Shown: piece by piece, positions 1-10,100 of the stretch
Numbering within the stretch: position 1 is the stretch's first letter
How the letters are laid out: every line of letters starts with the position of its first letter
Source of the DNA: a virus
Lineage: Duplodnaviria > Caudoviricetes
Reading direction: 5' to 3' (one strand)
IMG/VR virus record: IMGVR_UViG_3300007609_000018
Span: 1 to 63,984 of that record
Length of the DNA stretch: 63,984 nt
Made by a program: the position numbers and the translations under genes
Notes under the pieces: generated by a model
Told to the model about the DNA's origin: nothing
Seen by the model: only the letters and a program-made list of their open reading frames with translations
Databases searched by the model: none

Positions 1-224
1 CTTTCAAGTTCTAAGGCAGTACGCTTTGTTTTTTCAGCGTGTTTTAATCGTTTTGTTTTTGCTTTTACTTCTCGTTTGCTAGGGCATTTTAAAATAGTGT
101 CACAGTTTTTTGCTTGACAATGAACTAATTTTATTTCAAGGTCGTGTATTTGTTGGCGAAGTTTCTTTTTAGTTTGTCCGTTTGCTGCAGAAAATAAAAA
201 TAATATTATTATAAAATGTTTCAT
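1..224 (-). CDS. partial ORF, signal-peptide/membrane-anchored protein in lysis region (possible spanin-like)
   Basis: ATG at 224 gives MKHFIIILFLFSAANGQTKKKLRQQIHDLEIK..., a hydrophobic N-terminus followed by a coiled coil; it runs off the window edge. Confidence 0.4.
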   Translation of the reverse strand, partial: MKHFIIILFLFSAANGQTKKKLRQQIHDLEIKLVHCQAKNCDTILKCPSKREVKAKTKRLKHAEKTKRTALELE

Positions 225-235
225 ATACACTTTTA

Positions 236-262
236 GTTGTGTTTATTCAGTTGTTGTAAGTA
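236..262 (+). other. attI-like cassette boundary site (GTTGTGTTTATTCAGTT-GTTGTAAGTA)
   Basis: GTTGTAAGTA 253-262 is the exact reverse complement of TACTTACAAC 862-871; the upstream part resembles 57351-57370. Confidence 0.6.
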
Positions 263-268
263 ATAAAA

Positions 269-847
269 TTAAAAAAGGGTAGGTGCATTTTTAAATCGGC
301 TCAATCTACCTTCTGCCATTTTAAAATACTTCTCGTTTAACTCACAGCCTATAAAGTTTCGCTCTTCCATTATTGCTGCTAATGCTGTACTTCCAGAACC
401 CATAAAAGGGTCAAAGATAGTATCACCTTGTTTAGTATTTTCTAACACCAATTTACGCATCAATGCCAACGGCTTTTGGCTTGGGTGGTCATAATATTCA
501 TCTTTTGCAAAACTCGCAGCTACTGTACTATTTATAAAGTAATGGTTATAAACTTTATAGGCTTTACCACCGTTTCTTTCTAATATAATTTCGTACATAG
601 AGCCTACACCACATTTTTTATCCCAAATATGTTTTGCTGTATAATCCAAAGGAAAGTCAACTTTAGCAGACCAAAAGATAATTTGAGGGCAATTATAATT
701 TTTAACCCAGTCTAATAATCCATCGTAATAATGGTATTCTTCTGCCATATAATCAGGGTATGGTGGGTCTGTTATAATTGCATCGAACTTTATCGTTGGC
801 AAAACATCTTCAAATCGCTTATTAAATAACTTTATTTCCATATTCAT
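269..847 (-). CDS. DNA N6-adenine/N4-cytosine methyltransferase (beta class)
   Basis: TDPPY catalytic motif, HPSQKP, DPFMGSGST SAM-binding motif. Confidence 0.92.
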   Translation of the reverse strand: MNMEIKLFNKRFEDVLPTIKFDAIITDPPYPDYMAEEYHYYDGLLDWVKNYNCPQIIFWSAKVDFPLDYTAKHIWDKKCGVGSMYEIILERNGGKAYKVYNHYFINSTVAASFAKDEYYDHPSQKPLALMRKLVLENTKQGDTIFDPFMGSGSTALAAIMEERNFIGCELNEKYFKMAEGRLSRFKNAPTLF

Positions 848-861
848 TTTTTTAATTTAAC

Positions 862-998
862 TACTTACAACAACGTATAAAGTTAATAGCTACTTTAAGC
901 GTGTTTAAGATGTTTATTTATTAATCTAAGTGCACTAGTGTACTTAATTAGGTTAGGTGCCTTAAACACGCTACTAACCTTATACAATTCCGTTACCG
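862..998 (+). repeat. attC-like imperfect inverted repeat #1
   Basis: TACAAC-aac-GTATAAAGTTAATAGC ... GCTACTAACCTTATAC-aattcc-GTTA; two A.C mismatches. Confidence 0.75.
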
Positions 999-1220
999 CC
1001 AATAATAAAGACGATACGATTGACCTCTTAACGAAGCATTGTTTTTGTCGCTTTCGTCTGAATTTTTACAACTTAATTTTGCTTTATCAAATTGATTTTT
1101 ATTTATCCTATTCTCAACTTGTTCGCTACCGATAAAATACCAATCTTCAAAATAAGCATTGTTTTTAAAAATCAATTTTTCACCTTTTGATAGTCGTTGT
1201 TCTATTTCATTTGCTTTCAT
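993..1220 (-). CDS. hypothetical protein
   Basis: 75-aa ORF co-oriented with its neighbours; stop codon overlaps the GTTA end of the attC-like site. Confidence 0.6.
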   Translation of the reverse strand: MKANEIEQRLSKGEKLIFKNNAYFEDWYFIGSEQVENRINKNQFDKAKLSCKNSDESDKNNASLRGQSYRLYYWR

Positions 1221-1326
1221 AATTAACTATTTCTTATCCAATCTAATATACAAATCCAAATTGAAATATTAAAACAAAGCCAAAGAAATAAAGATATAAA
1301 ATAAATAAATATTTTTACTTCTGTTG

Positions 1327-1719
1327 TCATTTAATTACAAGTTCAAATTCATTAGGCAAATAATCTACTAATTCATTCATTTTAGAACGGCTGCTTGTAA
1401 CATCTCTATAACCATCACCATCTATATCGGTGTGCCTATAACCTACTAATATGCAGCCTAAAATATCTTTATGAAAATTGCCGTGATGGATTAAAATCCA
1501 ATCCCTACCAACTACGTCTAAAATATGAAAATGCTCATTATACTTTGCAGAAGTTCTTTTAACTACTTTGTAACATCCTTTTGGTATGCAGCTTATACTT
1601 CTTTGATTGTCCGCCCATTCTAACTCTAAAGTGCAAGCTAATTTTTTTAATCCGTCAAATAAATAACCTAGTGTTTGCTCTTTTTCATAAGATAATCTTA
1701 TTAAAGTTAGTTGTTTCAT
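1327..1719 (-). CDS. DUF5675-family putative endolysin (L,D-peptidase-like)
   Basis: CTLE...SCIPKGCY...ILIHHGN...GCILVG motif; adjacent to membrane proteins. Confidence 0.75.
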   Translation of the reverse strand: MKQLTLIRLSYEKEQTLGYLFDGLKKLACTLELEWADNQRSISCIPKGCYKVVKRTSAKYNEHFHILDVVGRDWILIHHGNFHKDILGCILVGYRHTDIDGDGYRDVTSSRSKMNELVDYLPNEFELVIK

Positions 1720-1955
1720 TTCTTCAAGTCTTTTTCCTTAATTTTATGGTTGGTTGAGTTATTTTTATGAAACCAATAAACTCTTATTATCAAATAGATT
1801 AAACCAACTATTGAGAATGACAACTTAACTATTCCGTTAATATTGATTAGTGTTATATTTAAAAGTACACTTTGGATTATTTCAATAGTATTAAACCCCC
1901 ATACTACCATAACAGTAGTGTCTATATAACCTAAAATAGATTTAAACTTTTCCAT
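1716..1955 (-). CDS. small membrane protein, putative holin
   Basis: probable start MEKFK at 1955; two hydrophobic segments and a basic C-terminus; overlaps endolysin start. Confidence 0.5.
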   Translation of the reverse strand: MEKFKSILGYIDTTVMVVWGFNTIEIIQSVLLNITLININGIVKLSFSIVGLIYLIIRVYWFHKNNSTNHKIKEKDLKK

Positions 1956-2295
1956 TATCACTTTTAACCTTAGTAGTTTTATTAAATAGTAACTTAGCAA
2001 AAGCAGCACCAAAAATAAGCAATCCAACGCTTGAATAAGTTAGTTCTGTTCCTGTTAAAGAAGTAATAAATTTTGAACTTTCGGGTATCCAATTTAAAGT
2101 AAATGATATAGTGAAAGAACAAACTAAAGAGTATAAAAAACGTGGGTAATTCTCTTTAATCATTACAAGTAGCTTGAACTTACCATTGCTTATGCTTTCC
2201 CTTGCGTGTATTAAATTGTAAATAAAACCACCTAACATAATTATAGCGGTCATTATTCCTATTGTTTCCCAATGTATTTCGTTTACTACTATCAT
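1942..2295 (-). CDS. 3-TM membrane protein, putative holin
   Basis: three hydrophobic helices, basic tail, lysis cluster position. Confidence 0.5.
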   Translation of the reverse strand: MIVVNEIHWETIGIMTAIIMLGGFIYNLIHARESISNGKFKLLVMIKENYPRFLYSLVCSFTISFTLNWIPESSKFITSLTGTELTYSSVGLLIFGAAFAKLLFNKTTKVKSDNGKV

Positions 2296-2297
2296 TT

Positions 2298-2588
2298 TTA
2301 CTGAACTATATAATCTATTTGATAGGTAGGATTGTTGTTTGCATCAAAATCAGTAATTCTAGCTTCAAAAAAGAATTGAGTTGTTTTTGTAAACAAAAAA
2401 TTATCATTTCCTAATGGTATTGCTAGTTGTGAAGTAGTTGCATTTAAAAAACTTCTATTTTCAGATGATGCCCATCCAAACATCTGTCCTATCGCTTGAT
2501 TGTAATTATTAACGCAATCTTGATATTTAGAACTATCGCCTGTTGCGTTTCCTGTTGCAGTTACTACTATAATTTTATTTGCTTCCAT
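2298..2588 (-). CDS. hypothetical protein
   Basis: 96-aa ORF tightly packed in the operon. Confidence 0.6.
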   Translation of the reverse strand: MEANKIIVVTATGNATGDSSKYQDCVNNYNQAIGQMFGWASSENRSFLNATTSQLAIPLGNDNFLFTKTTQFFFEARITDFDANNNPTYQIDYIVQ

Positions 2589-2600
2589 TTTTTTTAATTT

Positions 2601-3377
2601 TTATTTAGTGAATAATAAACCTTCTTCGCTGAAAATTGCACCACTTCCAGTTCCGTCAGTTTGTAAAATTGTACCATTAGATGCGTTTATCCAAGTGCTA
2701 TCTGATTTGTCAGTAAATGATTTTACACCACCTTCAAAAATAATAGTGTCGGTTGTCGCAAATCTTATATTTCCAAAACTTTGAATATTAATTAAACTAT
2801 CACCTTGAATTGATAAATCTTCATTCGCTAAAATTAATAAATCTTCATTCGCTTTAATTAATAAATCTTTATTTGCTAATACATCTAGCTTTGATGTGTC
2901 AGTTACACTTATTGAGTTAAATTTTTGATTAGGAAAATCAACCCAACCTAAAGATGATACATCCCCAGCACCTAATATGTTTGCATCTACTATTCCTACT
3001 GTATTTATGAAATTTCCGTAGTCTTTGCCTTTAAATCCTATAAATGGCAAATCTAATCCTACGTTAATTGAGCTATTTAATAAAACAAAATCACCATTTT
3101 CACTTTTTACAACAGGTATATAAACACTTCCGTACTTTTCGTAGTATAAACTATCTTCTAAATTGAACAGAATAGACGCATCATTTGCATTTGCTACATT
3201 TGGAATGGTATCTACTGTTTCAAAATTGAAGTTTTGAATTTCATTACCCTCTAACGTTAGATTATCTCTCATTTTTGTTTGCCCATATATATCTACATTT
3301 TGAAAATATGGTGTCCAAGTTTGAGAATAAGTTATTGAAGTAATTAATACTGCTAATATTGTTAAGATTTTTTTCAT
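2601..3377 (-). CDS. signal-peptide-bearing beta-rich protein (tail fibre/spike-like repeats)
   Basis: MKKILTILAVLITSITYSQ Sec-type signal; ANKDLLIK-ANEDLLIL-ANEDLSIQ 8-aa repeats. Confidence 0.55.
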   Translation of the reverse strand: MKKILTILAVLITSITYSQTWTPYFQNVDIYGQTKMRDNLTLEGNEIQNFNFETVDTIPNVANANDASILFNLEDSLYYEKYGSVYIPVVKSENGDFVLLNSSINVGLDLPFIGFKGKDYGNFINTVGIVDANILGAGDVSSLGWVDFPNQKFNSISVTDTSKLDVLANKDLLIKANEDLLILANEDLSIQGDSLINIQSFGNIRFATTDTIIFEGGVKSFTDKSDSTWINASNGTILQTDGTGSGAIFSEEGLLFTK

Positions 3378-4084
3378 TTTAAATATGTTATTGTTCCTGT
3401 TAATGATTGCCCTAAAAAGTCAAATGTAATGGTTGTTCCATCATCTGATACTGTTGGGTTTATTTGTTGTCCTCCATCTAATACTATTCCATATATAGTT
3501 GGAAACCCTAACCCATGCTCTATCTCTACACTTGTTTCATTTGTAAAATCCAATGTTTCAAACGTGAAATTAGATGAACCTGCTGTCGATACTTCAGCAT
3601 TCGTTACATATATTCCAGAATTAGTTGCATCTATCAATATTGGTTTTATTGTTGAATTTTGAAACTGATAAAAGTTTACTTGTCCTACCGGTAAAACCCC
3701 ACCATCTACTTGTACGTTTGATGCCCCTATATTATTTATAGACCATTGAAGTTGTTTTCTGTAATCTTCTGGCTTGATTATGTAAACATCTTCATCATCT
3801 ACTGATGTTGCAAAAGCATCTTCTAAATAAACGTTCATACTGCCGTCATTTAAGCCGTCAAACCCCTTAACTAATGATAATTGACCGTTTGTCTTGTCTA
3901 AGATGTAAAACTCGCCTAAACGCAATGTTTCTGCAAAATCATAAGGCCAATCTGTTATCCGTAGAACTGAATCAACTTGTGCGTCAGATGTCATTTTTGC
4001 TGAAGGTACCTGTTCGCTTAATGGTAAAGTATTTATTTCCCCTGTTATACCGAACTGATTTGTGTTGTTTGAATTAATAATCAT
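3374..4084 (-). CDS. putative virion/tail-associated protein
   Basis: beta-rich acidic ORF; C-terminal IEHGLG...ITFDF...TGTI module typical of tail fibre domains. Confidence 0.5.
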   Translation of the reverse strand: MIINSNNTNQFGITGEINTLPLSEQVPSAKMTSDAQVDSVLRITDWPYDFAETLRLGEFYILDKTNGQLSLVKGFDGLNDGSMNVYLEDAFATSVDDEDVYIIKPEDYRKQLQWSINNIGASNVQVDGGVLPVGQVNFYQFQNSTIKPILIDATNSGIYVTNAEVSTAGSSNFTFETLDFTNETSVEIEHGLGFPTIYGIVLDGGQQINPTVSDDGTTITFDFLGQSLTGTITYLK

Positions 4085-4088
4085 AATA

Positions 4089-4096
4089 CAAATATA
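4089..4096 (-). promoter_or_regulatory. Bacteroidetes sigma -7 element TATATTTG
   Basis: matches TAnnTTTG, immediately upstream of the ATG at 4084. Confidence 0.5.
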
Positions 4097-4148
4097 TAGA
4101 TTTATTTTAATAAGTCTTGTTTTGGTTAAATATTAGATATTTAGTGCT

Positions 4149-7100
4149 TTATTTTAACCCTAACTCTATTTTTGCCTCGCTTTTTGCTTTTTGCCATAGT
4201 TTAGCTACATCTTTTTGAATTGTGGTTATTGGTTCGCCTCTTGATTCCATTTTTTTGTTCTTAAAGTACGGTTTTTTTGTAAATTCCATATAACCTTTTA
4301 TTCCCATGTATGTCCATTTTGGTTTTGGTAAACCATCTTGTGTTATTTCGAGTGGTGCGTTTAAGAATTTTTCACCTGCTAATTTTATGTATTCGTAATG
4401 CTCTTCTTCTGTAAGATACCTGTATTCTAATCCATTTTCGTCAAAATAATATCCTGCTGTGTTTTTTATCTTATTTGGAATTGCAGCGTTGTTTAATAAA
4501 AACATATCTACTTCGTAATTTTCCGAATCCTTACCTTTTCTATCTATGTAGTAGCTTATGTTTATGAATTGATCGCCTGGAAAGCCTTTTACCTCTTGTC
4601 CGTAAATATCTAATCTTGGCTTATTTACAAAATAATTTATTCCTGCTTTGTAAGCCATGTAACCTTTTAAATCTTGATAAGTGTAAGAATTACCTGTCAT
4701 TATTTTTTCAATCTGCCTTTTAAGGTTTATGTTCCAAAACAATACATCCCCAACTTGACCAATAGTCATATCTGCAATGTTTTTAATCAATCCTTTAAAT
4801 GGTTTGTTTTTTTGTGTATCAGTTATACTTTCCTCTGTTTCTTCGGCTTTTCTAAATGCTGTTCCAACTTCTGATACTAACTTAGATACACCTTGTAGGA
4901 TAGACATATCTAAAACCATTGTTGAAGTGTTTTTAGTTGCATCTAACCATAACATCCTACCTGTTTCGGCAGCTACTGCAAACCTTAAATTCATCTCATC
5001 TTCAGAGATAGATTTATCTGCCTTGTGTTTTCTCAATAAATCATTATAATTTCCAATCAACGTCAAGGGAATAGATAATGCAGGTATGTTTAAGAAATTT
5101 ATACCAGGGGTATAAGGTAATTTTAAAGTATATGCAGGTAGTGCTTCTTTTGCTTGTGTTCCATAGTTATCTGTTCCTGCCTTTAGACTTCCTGTTAAAT
5201 AAAATTCATCATCATCTTCGCCTGTTCTGCCTATAAATAAAGCACCTAAACCAAGTAAAGTTGCCGTTCCAAGCATTGCCCTCCCCATTTGTATTTCATA
5301 TTTCCTTGTGCCTCTTTCACCCATCATTGCAGAATTTTCAGCAAAACCACCAAAAAACTTACCACCATCTACTACTCTTTTCGATCTTGAATATATACCA
5401 GATACACTTAACCCATTGGCCCTTAATATGCCGTAAAAAGGTGCGTGGTCAAGCATATATTCCGATATGTTACCTACTACTGTTGTGAATGGAATATAAT
5501 TCATTGTAGCTAACTTTGATGCAATATTGTGATTAGATACGGTTGAAAGTAGTTTTGTGAACTTAGCTACTGTTCCGTTTCTTTCTCCTGTAAAGGTTTG
5601 CTGTTTAGCAATATCCATTAACTCATCTTTAGCATCTTCTGTTAAATCTTCAATGTTATTGTATATTATTTCTTGAAGTCTAATGGCTTTTTCCGAATTG
5701 GATAGTTTTTTACCAGACAGTTTTTCATATTGAGCAAACTCTTTATCAGCTTGTTTTTGAATTTTTTTAGTTTTATCGGTATCTGTGTTAAGTATTGCCA
5801 TTTGATTTGACACCATTGTTCTCAAATCTTTGCCTTTATATCCTTGATTAGAGTACACATCGTATAGATTCTGATACATTTCTCTTTCAAAATTAAGGTT
5901 TGTCATAAAAGCATCTTGTGCTGCCAAAAACCTACCAACATATCTTGCATAGTTATAAGGATTAAAAAATCCCAACTTAAACCTGTGTCCGTTATACTTT
6001 TCTCTTTCCAACTCACTTATGGTAAACTTGTTATCACGAGATATTGATTCTATTTGTTTGTAGTTTTGAGTTCCCTCTATCATGTTTGCAACGGCTAAAT
6101 TCCATGAGTTTGCCCAATTATTCGCATCTCTTCTGAATGTAAATAACCTCTGTATTGGGTTTCTTCTTTTGTCGTTAAAATATGAAGTAGGATTTAACAA
6201 ATCCGAAAACGGTGCTATTGCATAATTCCAAGCATTAGACCACATATTTATTACTGTGGTAAAAGGACCACTAAGCATTGAAGCGTATCTCAAGCCAACA
6301 AATACATTTACTAAGTTTACAACATTTTCTGGGTAAAGTTCTGTTATGTACTTTGCTATATCTCTTGTTGCCTTTGTTTCTATTGCACTACCTGGTCTTG
6401 ATAACTCTACATTTTCAGCTAATTCTTTTATTCTTTGAATTTGCTTGTTTGTTAATGGATTAGTAAGATTAAACTTATAAGCAAATAATTCTCTATTTAA
6501 TTTAGATGTAAAAGCACCATTGTTTATTGCTTCCATCATTTTATTAAGAACAGTTTTTCTTTTTCTTTTAACTGATGGCAACCTACTACTCCCCATAAAG
6601 TTAATAAGTGCTTTTTCTATTTTAGGTTTTAATGTCTTGTTTACTTCTGCCGTTATTTCATCGTTTAATTTTTTAGCCTCGCTTTTTGTTAAACCGTATT
6701 CATTCATTAATACCGTAACAATGTTCTGAACTTCTTTTTGAGTATTGGAATAATGCTTTCCTATCAATTCCTTAAAATCTATTTCATCTAATAGTTCTCT
6801 TTTTCTATTTTCAACCGTCAATTCTTCATCTGCCTCCTTAAATATTTTATCTGTATGGTTGTTATAGGCATCTTCTATTGTTTTCTTTTGCTCTTTTGTG
6901 GCTTTTTTATATCCTTGATGTTTTTTCAAAGCTGCCATTCCCTTTTTAATGACTTTAGCCTTATCTCCGCTTCTTTTTATTTCTTTTACACTTGCCTCTA
7001 TTGCTTTATAAAATGCTTGCTGTGCAGGTGTTAATTTAGCACTAAATTGAATTTCTGAAGAAACAACACTAAGGCTTATGTTTTTATATTTCTCTGCAAC

Positions 7101-10100
7101 TTTGTCTTTAAACTTTTGTGTCTTTTCTTTTGGCGATTTAGACATTTTTATTGCTTTCGCCTTTAACCTTTCTATTAACGATTTGTTTTCTTTTGCTAAA
7201 TCAACAACTTCTTTTTTTAGTCCATTTATAGTTTTTTCAAATTGAGTAAGCATTTCTCTTGCTGTTTCTCCTTTTGGACCTACTTTTTGATCAAGTGATT
7301 TTGTATTACTTTCATCTATTTTTCTTGATACTCTTTCTGCAATAGCTATCCCTTGACTTGCATATATTTTACTCATAAACTGAATACCTCTACCTGCTGT
7401 TCTGGCCATTTGGTCGAAAGTGTTTGCTATTGTTTTTTGCTTATTAAGTAGTTCATCAATCTTAGCCATTACGCTAATTTCATTATCTACATTTCTCATA
7501 TCAGATTCTTGAAGTGAATACTGATTCAATGCAGTTCCAAGTATCATAGACCTCATATCAAATGGCATATACTTAGTTTCATCCATTGCTAAAACTACCG
7601 CTTTGTCTATCCCCCCAAGTTGCTCTATTAAAGCATTTCCCATTTCAATAGTTTGCTGATTAGTTTGAACATCGTAATAAAGTCCAACTTCATCTTCTAT
7701 GGATTTTTTTGTTTCTGAACTAATACCTTTTGATAAGTTTACTATTTTATCTATTAATGATTTAGCTCTTTTTTGCAAATTACTATTGTTTGGATTAGAC
7801 GTATCTGGCTCTTTTGGTGGTGTTTTAGAGGGTTCTTTCGATTTAACTTCTTTAGATATTTCATTTCCAGATAACAATTCTGCTGCTGCTAAATCGGTAA
7901 ACTTTTCTAATGTTAAGTCTGCTAATTGCTCTGAACTCATGCTTGTTATTCCTAAAGCATTTTTTACTTTATCAAACAATTCCTTTATATAGGCTTTAAA
8001 TGCGTTCTCTTTGGCTTTTAAAAACTTCGCACCCTTTTCCCCTATTGCTTGTGCTAACGCTTCTTCTAATATGCTTTCCTTGCTATTATTGGCATATACA
8101 GGGTTGTTTCTTACGTCTTTTTCGTATTGAGTTCCTTCTACTAACTCTATCCCTTTATCATATACCTCTTTATGGTTGTTTTTAATGTATTCATTCCAGA
8201 TATGACCGAACTCGTGAATTGGTGTGTCTGTTGTTGCCTTATCTGTGTTTATGAATACTTCTCCATCTTTTACATATCCTAATGGCGGTATCGCTCCTTC
8301 AGTTAATTTTAAATCTTTTGCTATTTCTTCTGAATTTTTGAAGTTTACCTTAATATTCGGAAATGCTTTGTTTAGCACTTTTGTTAGTTTTTCAAGTGCT
8401 TTTTCAGATAGCTTTTGTTCTTTTGATTGTTCTTGGAATGGAACCTCAAAATCATCTACTTGTCCTTGCTCATTTTCGTCTGGCTTTTTGCTTTCATCTT
8501 TCTTTTTGCTTTCAATGCTTTTGCTGCTGCTCGGTAGCACTTCTCTATTGTTGATTCTTCCATGGTTTTTGTTTAAATAGTTATAAAAATAATCGTTTAC
8601 AGGTGGAAATACTGTATCTAAATATTCCTCTGTTTTTTCTGTGTCTAATAATCCATCTTCATTAACAAAGTTTTCAGCTATGTGTGCGTAAAATTCTTGC
8701 TCATAACTTTCAAACTCGTCAATACTTTCAACTGCTTCTTCTAATTCTACATCTTCCTCTAATTGCTCTTCTTTTGCTATTTTTTCTTTTTTAGCTTGTT
8801 TCTCTTTTTCTATTCTTTCCATTGCAGCAATATCCTCTTTAGTGTACTGTTGCTCTTGCTGCATTGTACCTAAATAAGTTTCTATCATTTCTGCTTTAGT
8901 GTTGTGGTTTCTCATTACATCTAATATCTCGTTTCTGTAAACAGAATCGTCTATATCGGTATTATACTCAACACTCTGATCACTTTTAAGACTTTCTATT
9001 AAGTCGTCTATTGTATTACCTTTTCTATTGGTTAATAAGGTCTTCTTCGCACCTGCCTCTTCTGATTTACCTACTTCTCGACCGCTTTTATCTAACCTGC
9101 TGCCTATTCCTAATTCTTGATAGATTTCATTCTTGTCCATTTTACCACCAAATATCAAATATTGAAGTATGTGTTGCAATGGACTTTTAGGTGTATCTGA
9201 ATTTATTTTATCTTTTATTTCATTTTCAATGGTTGCCGAACTTACCGCACCTATCATTTTATTCTCAATAGCTGAAAATTGAGTGTTTTTACCTATTGTT
9301 TTCTTTCCTTTCTTATTGTATTCGGATGTTCTTGATACTTCTTTTCCTGTGTCTTTGTTTTTTATAGTAACAGCTTTACCATCTTTGTTTACACCTACTT
9401 CAAATGTAGCATTTCTATATTCTACTTCTTTGGTTTCTACTACGGTTTCATTTTCTTTTTTAGCTTTTTCTATTCGCTTTTGACGTTCTGTTTTTTGTTC
9501 TTGTATGTCAGATTCTAAATCTTTGGTTTCTTGGCTTACATCGCTTTCCTTTGCCTTTTTTAACTCTTTTTTAGCTTTCTCTACTTCTGCTACAAATGGT
9601 TTTAAACTCTCGGTTGCAGCATCTTGACTTACTCTCTCATCAAATAATTGACCTTTGTTGCTTTTTCTTTCCCCAAACAAGTCTGCTTGATCCTCGTTTA
9701 TCTTTTTACCAAACTCTTTCTTTTTAGCTTCTAACTTTTGTCTTGCTTTAGATAATCTATCTTCTGCTTTAGATATTCTTTCCTCTTTCTGTTTTTGTTC
9801 TGGGGATTTTGTTTTTGGCTTTTCTTCTTCTAATATACCCTCTAAACCTGTTTCTACCTCCGTATCATCATCTAAAATGCCTTCTAATCCTGTTTCTACT
9901 GTTGGTTCAGTTTCTACTTCTGCCTTATTTTCTTCTATTTGCTCGTTTTTAGGCTCTCTAACCATAGTTAAGCCATCTTCTTGCATAACGAACCCATTAT
10001 CTTCATAAAGTTTCTGTAAACGGTCTTTATCGGTATCGGCATCTTCTGGTACTACTTTTAGTTTTATTTGTTTGCCATCTTCATCTGCTGCATCAGTTAG

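Noticed and set aside
862-998. attC-like hairpins read as simple terminators or MITEs
   Set aside because: There are no U-tracts after the stems, loops are long, there are no target-site duplications, and the gene-flanking complementary cores would be unexplained.
938-1135. Plus-strand ORFs at 938-1135 and 54184-54378
   Set aside because: They start inside attC-like hairpins and run antisense to better-supported genes.
10015-10045. DADTDKD in the giant protein as an RNA polymerase DxDxD motif
   Set aside because: It lies inside the GNAT-like segment and lacks RNAP context.
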